Shown piece after piece: positions 1-7,106 of a DNA stretch of 64,000 nt. Position 1 is the first letter of the stretch, and each line of letters begins with the position of its first letter. The translations under genes and the position numbers were made by a program. The DNA comes from Actinomycetota bacterium (GTDB lineage: Bacteria; Actinomycetota; UBA4738; CALAEC01): assembly GCA_050693035.1 (NCBI GenBank), contig JBOGWB010000086.1, positions 1,640 through 65,639 on the forward strand. Reading direction: 5' to 3'. The notes below the pieces were generated by a model. The model did no database searches. It was not told the origin of the DNA and saw only the letters and a list, made by a program, of their open reading frames with translations.

Positions 1-171
1 GATGCCGATCACCGGGAGTTGGTCCTCCGCCACTTGCTCGCGGTGACCGAGTACGGGGCGGCGCTCGTGATGGCGACGCACGATGAACAGGTGGCGGCGC
101 GGTGCGACCGGGTCCTGGAGCTGCGAGAAGGGGCCGTAGTCCACCATCTCGTCGTGGGAGACGCTCCGTGA
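1..171 (+). CDS. ABC transporter ATP-binding protein, C-terminal fragment (5' end outside window)
   Basis: Frame 1 is open from base 1 to TGA at 169-171. The translation ...GAALVMATHDEQVAARCDRVLELREG... matches the H-loop and C-terminus of MacB/LolD-type ABC ATPases. The stop overlaps the GTG of the next gene (GTGA). Confidence 0.7.
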   Translation, partial: DADHRELVLRHLLAVTEYGAALVMATHDEQVAARCDRVLELREGAVVHHLVVGDAP

Positions 172-3100
172 GCGTGTCGTCTTCTCGCGCAATCGGCGGC
201 GGACTAACCCTCCGGGGGCTATGGCACCGGCGATGGCTGTCGCTCGTGGTCCTGTGTGTCGCGGCGATCGCCGCGGCAGCGGCGGCCATGGGCCCGACCT
301 ACGCCGGTACCGCGCGCACAGCCATCCTCCGCGACGCATTCGCCGAGGCGCCACCGGGGGGTCGAGGAGTCATGGTGATCTACGAGCCTCGGCTTGAGCC
401 CCCCGAGGACCTCCCGGAGACACGGGAGGCCACGGGTATCCAGCACGCGTTCGGTTCTCCAATCATGAGCGCCGAGCTCGCCAGCCCGGTGCTGGGCGAA
501 CCCAACGCGGTCAAGCTGATCTGGCGAGACGGCGTCTGCCTGCGGCTGCAACTCCTGTCGGGCCGGTGCCCCTCGGGGCCTGGCGAGGTGGTGGCCAGCA
601 GGGCCACCAGCACGCGGTACGGGTGGACGGTCGGCGGCCGGGCTCTGCTGGAGGACCTTGTTCCACCTCGGCCACTCAGAGGCACGCCTGACGGCGACAC
701 CCCGGTAGAGCGAGGCCACCCTCTCCCGCTCACCGTCGTGGGAATCTATGAGCCGCGCGATCCCGGGGAGGCGTACTGGTTCGGTCTCCCGTACTTCCCC
801 GACTCCATGGGGCGCGCCGAGTACCTCCCCGAGGGACAGCGGCTCTTCGACCCCCTGTTCACCGACCAGGCCACCTTGGAGTGGGCCCGCCCGGCGGCGG
901 CGCCCTGGTCCTACAGCGTCACCCTCTTCGTCGACCCGCCGGGGCTGACTGGGGACGATGCCGAGGGGTTGCGCATGGCCCCGCAGCGGCTTCGGGACCG
1001 GGCCATTCGACAGGTCGGCCTGGCGCCAGCCACCGTGCTCAGCGCGATGGAAGCGACAGCGTCGAGAGCGATCCGGGATATGGGTGCCCTCGGGGTGCCG
1101 GTGGCTCTGGTGACTCTCGAGTTGGTCGCCCTGTGCTGGCTGGTGTTGTTCCTCGCGGTCGCAGACCTCGTGCAGGCCCGCCGCCTGGAGATAGGCCTTG
1201 CCCGGTTGCGAGGGCTGTCTCGCGGACAGGTGTGGCGGTTCGGCCTCGGGGAGCCGGTGGTTCTGCTCCTCGCGGCCCTCCCCGTCGGGTTGCTCGCGGC
1301 CCGGCCGATCGCGACATCCCTCTCCCGCGCGGTGCTGGCCCCTGACATTCGGGTGGAGATCGGTTGGATGGCCTGGGTCACCGCGACCGGCGCGATCGTG
1401 GGGGGCCTGCTCGCGGCGGGGCTGGCTGCCCGAGCCACGCTCACGACTCCCGTCACCGAGCAATGGCGTCGCTCCAGATCGCATCTGGGGCGGCGGAGCT
1501 GGGTGCCAGAGGCGATCGTGCTAGCCCTCGTAGCGGCGGGCTTGGTGGAGCTCACCTCGGGGGGGCTAGTGACCAACCCCTCGAGGCAGCACGCGACGGG
1601 ACTACTCGTCCCGGCGCTGTTAGGCGTGGGTGTCGCGCTGGTCGCGGCCCGCGCCCTCCCCTACGCGTGCAGAGCAGCCTTCGGCCTGACTCGCCGCCGC
1701 GGAGGGATCGGCGCCTTCTTGGCCCTCCGCCAGATCGCCCGCGCACCGGGTACTGCGAACGCGGTGATCGTCCTCGCCGTCTCCTTTGCCCTGGCCACCT
1801 TCGCCGTGTCCGTCTGGTCGATCACCTCCCAGAACCATGGAGAGGTCGCCCGGACCCACAACGGCGCCCCCACGGTGCTGGAGGTGGCGCCTCCGGAGGG
1901 ATCTTCGCTCCCGGAGCTGGTCGCTCGGGCCGACCCCGGGGGAAGGTCAGCGGCCGCGGTAGCCATCCACGACCGTGGGGCCGACCTGCTCGCGGTGGAT
2001 ACCGCGCGGGTGGCACACGTGGCTTACTGGCGATCAGACTTCGCCGCGGCGCCCCTGTCTGAGCTGCTCCGCCGGTTGCGCTCGGCCGTCGCCCCGCGTA
2101 TACCGCTGTCCGGGGAGCACATTCGAGTCACCGTCGACTCTCGCCGGGTGGCCGATCCCGCCTTCTCCCTCCTAGTTGACGTGGAGGTCCCCGACCGAAC
2201 GGGCCGCGTCACCCTTCCCCTGGGCAGGTCTGACTCGGAATCCGCCGTTCTAGCGGGCCGGCTGTCCCTTGCCTGTCGTCAGTCCTGCGAGCTTCGCGGC
2301 TTCACGGTGGACTCGAGCGATGAGGGGCCGGCAGGGGCGGCCCTCGCAGAACTGCTCATCCGCAAGGTCGAGGTTCGCTCGGGGGGACGGTGGCAAGCCC
2401 TCGACGCGGGCCTTACCGAGAGCTGGCGGTGGCGCGCGGAGAGTTCCTCCCCAGGCGTTCGCCCCGAGACTGCCGGCACGCCGGAGGGCCTCAAGCTGAC
2501 ATTCCTCACCGGTGCAGAGACGCGGGCCGTAGCCGCCATCCACCCCGCCACGCTTCCTGCGATCACCGTCGGCCGCATCGAGCCTGAGCCGCGGGGATCG
2601 ATGGTCTTCGGGCTCGACGGCTTGGGCCTGCAGGTCACTGCCATCGCCCGCGCCCGGGCGGCGCCCGGCGCCACCGGACCGACCGCCCTGGTCGATTACG
2701 AGCTGGCGGACCGTGCGGCCTTCGGGGTCTCGAACCAGGTGAGATACCAGGTTTGGGTGGCCCCCGGAGCGGCCGCCCGGATCACGCAGGCCCTGCAGGA
2801 ACAAGGGGTGGCAGTCACGGGCGAACGCGCGGTCGAGGATCTAGTGCGTCGATTCAACCGCCAGGGACCGGGCCTGGCCCTGGCGCTTCTCCTCGCCGCG
2901 GCAGCGGCGGCGGTGACGCTGGCGATGGCCAGGGCGGTGCTCGGACTGTGGGTTGCTGGGCGCCGGCGCACCTATGAGCTCGCCGCCCTTGCCGCCGTCG
3001 GGGTCTCGCCTGGAGCCCAGCGGCGCGCCCTCCTCATCGAACAGGCTCTCACCCTGGGCTTCGGCGCACTGGTTGGCGTGCTAGCAGGGGTAGCCGCAGC

Positions 3101-3296
3101 CGGCATCGCAACACCAACGGTCCCGCAGTTCACCATTCAACCGAGCACGCCACCGCTGACTTTGGTGCCAGACCCGCTCGTGCTCGGCGGCGCCCCCGCC
3201 GCAGCTGCTCTCGCCGTGGCGATCGCTGCCGTCCTAACTACCGAGGCGATCCGGAGGTCCGTGCGAGTCGAACAGCTGCGCGAAGCGCCGCCATAA
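168..3296 (+). CDS. Large FtsX/MacB-family ABC transporter permease (fused, two FtsX-type membrane blocks)
   Basis: Track ORF 102-3296. The likely start is GTG 168, coupled to the upstream ATPase stop. It has an N-terminal TM helix (WLSLVVLCVAAIAAAAAAMG), long extracytoplasmic segments and FtsX-like helices, e.g. the C-terminal LALALLLAAAAAAVTLAMARAV...GVSPGAQRRALLIEQALTLGFGALVGVLAG. It sits directly after an ABC ATPase. Confidence 0.8.
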   Translation: MSVSSSRAIGGGLTLRGLWHRRWLSLVVLCVAAIAAAAAAMGPTYAGTARTAILRDAFAEAPPGGRGVMVIYEPRLEPPEDLPETREATGIQHAFGSPIMSAELASPVLGEPNAVKLIWRDGVCLRLQLLSGRCPSGPGEVVASRATSTRYGWTVGGRALLEDLVPPRPLRGTPDGDTPVERGHPLPLTVVGIYEPRDPGEAYWFGLPYFPDSMGRAEYLPEGQRLFDPLFTDQATLEWARPAAAPWSYSVTLFVDPPGLTGDDAEGLRMAPQRLRDRAIRQVGLAPATVLSAMEATASRAIRDMGALGVPVALVTLELVALCWLVLFLAVADLVQARRLEIGLARLRGLSRGQVWRFGLGEPVVLLLAALPVGLLAARPIATSLSRAVLAPDIRVEIGWMAWVTATGAIVGGLLAAGLAARATLTTPVTEQWRRSRSHLGRRSWVPEAIVLALVAAGLVELTSGGLVTNPSRQHATGLLVPALLGVGVALVAARALPYACRAAFGLTRRRGGIGAFLALRQIARAPGTANAVIVLAVSFALATFAVSVWSITSQNHGEVARTHNGAPTVLEVAPPEGSSLPELVARADPGGRSAAAVAIHDRGADLLAVDTARVAHVAYWRSDFAAAPLSELLRRLRSAVAPRIPLSGEHIRVTVDSRRVADPAFSLLVDVEVPDRTGRVTLPLGRSDSESAVLAGRLSLACRQSCELRGFTVDSSDEGPAGAALAELLIRKVEVRSGGRWQALDAGLTESWRWRAESSSPGVRPETAGTPEGLKLTFLTGAETRAVAAIHPATLPAITVGRIEPEPRGSMVFGLDGLGLQVTAIARARAAPGATGPTALVDYELADRAAFGVSNQVRYQVWVAPGAAARITQALQEQGVAVTGERAVEDLVRRFNRQGPGLALALLLAAAAAAVTLAMARAVLGLWVAGRRRTYELAALAAVGVSPGAQRRALLIEQALTLGFGALVGVLAGVAAAGIATPTVPQFTIQPSTPPLTLVPDPLVLGGAPAAAALAVAIAAVLTTEAIRRSVRVEQLREAPP

Positions 3297-3498
3297 GCCC
3301 GTCACTCCTGCAGCCGTTAGGCCGCGCGAGAACGGGAGCCGGGGGGAGCAGCACGACTAGTTCGATTGACTGACCCGCCTCTCTTTGTCCAATCAATCGC
3401 CCTTCGCCCGAGGGCGACCGATCTTCTCGGTGTGAATGGACCGGGATGTTATGGTTTGGAGCCGGAGGTTCGACTTCGGTGGGAGGCCGGAGGAAGAC

Positions 3499-3801
3499 GT
3501 GGAGAATGGGGAAGTTCGCAATCTGCTGCGAGTGCTTGTACATCTGACGGCACGCGCCGCCTTGCCTGAGGAGTATGTGGTGTCGGTGGTGGGAGGAAAG
3601 GCCAGCAGCAAGAAGCACATTCGCGCTTACAACTTGTGCGATGGGACTCGTTCACAGGGAGAGATCGCAAGGCTCTTGAAGTTGGACCAGGGCAACTTTA
3701 GCCGGGCGGTTGCCCGATGGGCTAATGCGGGCGTGGTCTTCCGGATTGGATCCGGACGAGAGGCCAAACTGCTGCACGCATACCCGCTTTCAGAGAAGTG
3801 A
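3499..3801 (+). CDS. Small winged-HTH protein, first gene of the low-GC operon (mini-HTH paralogue A)
   Basis: Track ORF 3436-3801. I prefer GTG 3499, preceded by GGAGGA at 3490-3495. The N-terminal helix EVRNLLRVLVHL resembles the three downstream mini-HTH proteins. The C-terminus DGTRSQGEIARLLKLDQGNFSRAVARWANAGVVFRI looks like a MarR/ArsR-type wHTH. Confidence 0.55.
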   Translation: MENGEVRNLLRVLVHLTARAALPEEYVVSVVGGKASSKKHIRAYNLCDGTRSQGEIARLLKLDQGNFSRAVARWANAGVVFRIGSGREAKLLHAYPLSEK

Positions 3802-3808
3802 GGTAGAT

Positions 3809-4048
3809 GTGGAATCCGAACTTGAGTACGCCATCCTGGAAAGACTCGATCTCATCCTTAGGGTTCTGGCCATCCAGGTCGGCGCAGATCAGAGCCTCAC
3901 AGAACGCGTGCGCCTTCTTAAGGCTGCAGGGCTCGACAACAAGACCATTGCTCAGGTTCTAAACACATCCCCCGCAGCAGTGCGAGCCCTGCTGTCGAGC
4001 GCGCGGAGTCTGAAGCCGCAGACAGCGCGACGTCGAAAGAGAGGATGA
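3809..4048 (+). CDS. Mini-HTH protein (paralogue B), sigma70-region-4/LuxR-like HTH with basic tail
   Basis: In-frame GTG at 3809 with GAGG 5 nt upstream; the track ORF start at 3710 would overlap the previous gene by 92 nt. Sequence: VESELEYAILERLDLILRVLAIQVGADQSLTERVRLLKAAGLDNKTIAQVLNTSPAAVRALL...RRRKRG. It is clearly homologous to ORFs 4045-4272 and 4822-5043. Confidence 0.55.
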   Translation: MESELEYAILERLDLILRVLAIQVGADQSLTERVRLLKAAGLDNKTIAQVLNTSPAAVRALLSSARSLKPQTARRRKRG

Positions 4049-4272
4049 GCGTGGCAGATACGGAACGGATGGAGCGACTGCTAGCTCTAATTCTATTGAA
4101 TCAGATGAAAGGCGGATCACAACGCGACAAAGTCCTTGAGCTGAATCGTGCTGGTTTCTCGAATCTTGAGATTGCTGACCTCCTCCAGACGACGACAGCG
4201 GTGGTCTCTCAGCAGCTATACGCAGCTCGACGAACAGGGGGCAAGAAGCAGCGTAGCCCGAAGAGCGGTTGA
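4045..4272 (+). CDS. Mini-HTH protein (paralogue C)
   Basis: ATG 4045 overlaps the upstream stop (ATGA). Sequence: MSVADTERMERLLALILLNQMKGGSQRDKVLELNRAGFSNLEIADLLQTTTAVVSQQLYAARRTGGKKQR. It has the same helix+HTH+basic-tail layout as B and E, and lies in a region of roughly 43-50% GC. Confidence 0.6.
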   Translation: MSVADTERMERLLALILLNQMKGGSQRDKVLELNRAGFSNLEIADLLQTTTAVVSQQLYAARRTGGKKQRSPKSG

Positions 4273-4291
4273 TAGAGGTCCCAGGCGCGTC

Positions 4292-4822
4292 ATGGTAGTG
4301 GACTTTCGTTCGCGAGCCTTCTCTATTCCGAATGTGGAATCGTCGGGGAAGAACATTGGTCGAACCGTGTATTGGAAGCTGTGCGTGATCGAGAATCTTG
4401 CGCGTCTGATCGTCCACTCCGTCCTGGAAGCTCAGATCGGCCCGAACTGGTGGAGCATTGCTGTTGCACCCCGTATTCAGACGAAGGCGGAAGAGCGAGT
4501 GGCCACCTACGCACGCCGACCTTGGTACTCGTCTCCTGGCACTCATGACATCTATTTCACGTTTCTGAGTGAGTTGGTGGAGATCATGCGAGCTAACGCC
4601 AATCTCTTTGTGAAAGTAATCCCCGACATCGACCAGTGGATCGCGCGCCTCGAACTCGTTCGAGTTCCGCGGAACGTAGCTGGACACATGAACTGGGTCA
4701 GCAAGATAGACCGTAAGCGAGTCGACGTCACCTACTCAGACATGTGCGCCCTCGTGGGTCACCTTGCCGGCGCAGGAGTTGCCATTCTGATTCCGCAAGC
4801 TGCCGCTCGAAGGGAGGCTTGA
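4292..4822 (+). CDS. Swt1-like HEPN domain protein (putative RNase effector/toxin)
   Basis: ATG 4292; the track ORF start at 4148 lies inside the previous gene. Motifs: YWKLCVIENLARLIVHSVL (E34-x3-R38), GPNWW, and LVRVPRNVAGHMNW with R127-x4-H132, which is the HEPN Rx4-6H catalytic motif at nt 4670-4687. The overall pattern matches Swt1-type HEPN domains. Confidence 0.7.
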   Translation: MVVDFRSRAFSIPNVESSGKNIGRTVYWKLCVIENLARLIVHSVLEAQIGPNWWSIAVAPRIQTKAEERVATYARRPWYSSPGTHDIYFTFLSELVEIMRANANLFVKVIPDIDQWIARLELVRVPRNVAGHMNWVSKIDRKRVDVTYSDMCALVGHLAGAGVAILIPQAAARREA

Positions 4823-5043
4823 TGGGTGACATCCAGGAGGAATTACTCAGAGAGATCAGCCTCAAACTCGATCGCATCATTGCCATCCTTGCAGTTCGCG
4901 GCCAAGATCCTGAGCAGCAGATACGCACGCTCCGAGCCCTCAAGTTCGATTGGCAAACCATCGGCGCGGTCGTTGGTTTGTCCCCGGACGCCGCCAGAAT
5001 GCGGGGTAAGTCCAGAGCCGGCTCTGAGAAGAAAGGCAAATGA
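4822..5043 (+). CDS. Mini-HTH protein (paralogue E)
   Basis: ATG 4822 overlaps the HEPN gene stop (TGATG), with AGGGAGG at 4811-4817. Sequence: MGDIQEELLREISLKLDRIIAILAVRGQDPEQQIRTLRALKFDWQTIGAVVGLSPDAARMRGKSRAGSEKKGK. It aligns by eye with paralogue B. Confidence 0.6.
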   Translation: MGDIQEELLREISLKLDRIIAILAVRGQDPEQQIRTLRALKFDWQTIGAVVGLSPDAARMRGKSRAGSEKKGK

Positions 5044-5852
5044 TCAGTCTTCAGGAGCTCGTCGCGCGCGGCCGCTTCCTCTTCGCGAGTGCACCAGAGC
5101 GCCAGCGCGTCTTTGAGCTGGTTGATGGGAAGCGCAACGCTCGCGACATTGCGAAGAAGTCAAAGCGACACATCAACAACATTCGAAGGGACCTGAAGCA
5201 CCTCTCCGATGCAGGCCTGATTCAGGCGAAGCAGACCCGGGACGGGACGCCTCAATTGAAGGATCGACTTCCCGTGTTCGAGAAGGTGCCGCTGGCCCGA
5301 ACAATTCCCCCTCGGTACTTTCGAGGAGGGGTACTCAAAACCGCGACAAGCCAGGTCTCGTCCTCCGCTCGCAGACGTGCCGCGGCACGTTCGCCCATCC
5401 GGAAACCCAAACCCTTGGCCGTCCCCTCAGAAACGGGAGTGCTTGACATCTGCCGACATGGCGAGGACCAGCTCTACGAATTCAAGGGGGTCGGCACGAA
5501 GCCTGAGAAGATCGTCAAGGAGATTGCGGCAATGCTCCATGCCAGACAGGGTGGACTCATCCTGTACGGGGTTGATGACGACGGAACGATTCAGGGCACA
5601 GACCTGAGTCGCCAGAAGTTTGATCAGCCACTGCAGAATTGCCTGCGTGACAAGGTCGCTCCAGCAGCAACTGTAAGGCTAGCTGCCGTGAAGGCACTAG
5701 GCCAAGAGGTCCTTGTGATTCTGGTCCCGCCTTGGAATCGCAAAGACGTGTACCAATTCGAGGGTCGCGTCCTCCTCCGAAAGGGGACCAACGCTGTGTG
5801 GGCAAAGCCCGAAGAGGTGCGTCGGCTTCACAGGGGCGAGTACGTACTTTAG
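5040..5852 (+). CDS. wHTH + AlbA_2 (Schlafen-like) domain protein
   Basis: ATG 5040 overlaps the upstream stop (ATGA). The N-terminal wHTH is QRVFELVDGKRNARDIAKKSKRHINNIRRDLKHLSDAGLIQ, followed by a basic Ser/Arg linker. The C-terminal domain begins GEDQLYEFKG (E142-x4-E147-F-K) and continues GGLILYGVDDDGTIQG...VLVILVP...VYQFEGRVLLRKG, as in bacterial AlbA_2/Schlafen-type domains. Confidence 0.7.
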   Translation: MISLQELVARGRFLFASAPERQRVFELVDGKRNARDIAKKSKRHINNIRRDLKHLSDAGLIQAKQTRDGTPQLKDRLPVFEKVPLARTIPPRYFRGGVLKTATSQVSSSARRRAAARSPIRKPKPLAVPSETGVLDICRHGEDQLYEFKGVGTKPEKIVKEIAAMLHARQGGLILYGVDDDGTIQGTDLSRQKFDQPLQNCLRDKVAPAATVRLAAVKALGQEVLVILVPPWNRKDVYQFEGRVLLRKGTNAVWAKPEEVRRLHRGEYVL

Positions 5853-6346
5853 CCTCCCCACACGCCGAAATTTCACCACGCGAGGCCGTGCGATTTCTCA
5901 TCTCGCGGGAGTTCCGCGCGCTCTTAATCGACACACTGGCAGGGTGGCCGCGGATTAGGCGCTCAGGGAGCTTCCTACCCAAGGGGCCCCCCTCAGGCCG
6001 CCGGAGGAGACGCACGAAGAAGGCGGCGGCGAGAACAGCCTGAGAGCCTTCGGGATGGTCGCGTTTCGTCCAACTGCGGTTATGAGGTCACGGTCCACGT
6101 CGAGCCGATGAACGATGAGGAAGTCCGGCTCTTGGCCGAGACGCTTCTCGGATTGCTCTTGTCTCGCCACGGCTGGGCGTGATGCAGAGAGGCGCCAGCC
6201 CATAGGACAATCCCCTTCCCTCGGACATCGGCAACGTGATGGACCTGGAGACCGCCTGTCCAGATGGCCAAGGCGGTGGCAGGTCACGGCGGGGCCTTCT
6301 CTCCCACCCGGCATTGTTGCTCTACGATCGCTCCCGGAGGTGTCGT

Positions 6347-6931
6347 GTGGACGTGAAAGCACCCTTCGCTCGTTGCTGGGAGTGCCCCTTGGCGGATCAG
6401 TCGTTCGTTCCGGGGAATGGCCCCATCCAGACCGACCTCGTGGTCGTTGGGCAGGCTCCCGGGGATCAGGAAGTCGAGCGCGGCATGCCGTTCGTGGGAC
6501 CGGCAGGAAAAGCATTGCGGCGTGCACTCGCTTTGGTCGGGGTCGACGAGTCCAAGGTCTACTTCACGAACACCGTTCTTTGCCATCCTGGAAAGAATGA
6601 GAGGACAACCAGGGACAGGAGACCTCCGACGGCGGCAATTGTGGCGTGTCAGGAACGAATGAAACGCGAGATCGAGGGGACAGGGGCGAGATGGATCCTG
6701 GCGGTGGGTGCCGTCGCGGCGGCGGGTGTGACGGGCAAACGGGCACTGGTCTCAGAGTCGCGATGTTCTGTCCTGCGTCGCCCGCTCCGTTCCGACCACC
6801 TGAATGGTGATGCGTGTGTCGGGATCACACACCACCCGAGTGCGCCCTTACCTAGATCACTTCTCGTGGACGACATCCGCGCGCTGCTGAGCTTTCCATG
6901 CAACGGGCAGACGCCGGATGTGTATCTCTAG
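6347..6931 (+). CDS. Uracil-DNA glycosylase superfamily protein, family-4-like with variant motif A (GQAPG)
   Basis: Track ORF 6236-6931; the probable start is GTG 6347. It has the family-4 layout: CWEC (Cys-x2-Cys), then VVVGQAPGDQEVERGMPFVGPAGKAL (motif A, nt 6449-6463 for GQAPG), then YFTNTVLCHPG and ACQERM (further Cys), then motif B ITHHPSAPL. Confidence 0.75.
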   Translation: MDVKAPFARCWECPLADQSFVPGNGPIQTDLVVVGQAPGDQEVERGMPFVGPAGKALRRALALVGVDESKVYFTNTVLCHPGKNERTTRDRRPPTAAIVACQERMKREIEGTGARWILAVGAVAAAGVTGKRALVSESRCSVLRRPLRSDHLNGDACVGITHHPSAPLPRSLLVDDIRALLSFPCNGQTPDVYL

Positions 6932-7035
6932 GGTGAGGGGAACAGTGCTCACGAGGTTTGCCCCGCCTGGCGAGGCCGTGTGGGCGACGTAGTCCACGGC
7001 ACGCGAACCACCAGCTCAAGGGCTTGGATGGGGAG

Positions 7036-7067
7036 TGTGGATTCTGTGCGCGTCCGGCCCCGGGCAC
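7036..7067. repeat. 32-nt intergenic repeat, copy 1 (TGTGGATTCTGTGCGCGTCCGGCCCCGGGCAC)
   Basis: Direct reading shows 29/32 identity to 14254-14285. The core CCGGCCCCGGGCAC recurs at 8131-8144. This copy lies just 3' of the GerMN lipoprotein gene, in non-coding DNA. Confidence 0.6.
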
Positions 7068-7106
7068 ACAGTCCACACGCGCCCCCGGCGCCCCGAGTCT
7101 TCCCTC

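Noticed and set aside
4148-4291. Earlier start (4148) for the HEPN ORF and earlier start (3710) for mini-HTH B.
   Set aside because: Both would overlap the preceding, better-supported ORFs by about 90-125 nt and add Arg/Ser-rich sequence. Downstream starts with Shine-Dalgarno-like sequences fit the paralogue alignment.
5955-6527. Minus-strand frame in the island gap containing ...EPDFLIVHRLDVDRDLITAVGRN..., which superficially resembles the C-terminal strands of RelE/ParE toxins.
   Set aside because: Only about 20 residues look similar. The conserved upstream part and catalytic residues are not recognisable, there is no Shine-Dalgarno sequence and no partner antitoxin ORF. The rest of the frame is low-complexity and runs antisense into the UDG-like gene.
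3297-7106. Search for tRNA genes, integrase/recombinase/transposase genes, or direct repeats bracketing the low-GC island.
   Set aside because: None could be recognised by eye. The island is therefore not called a mobile element, only a compositional anomaly.
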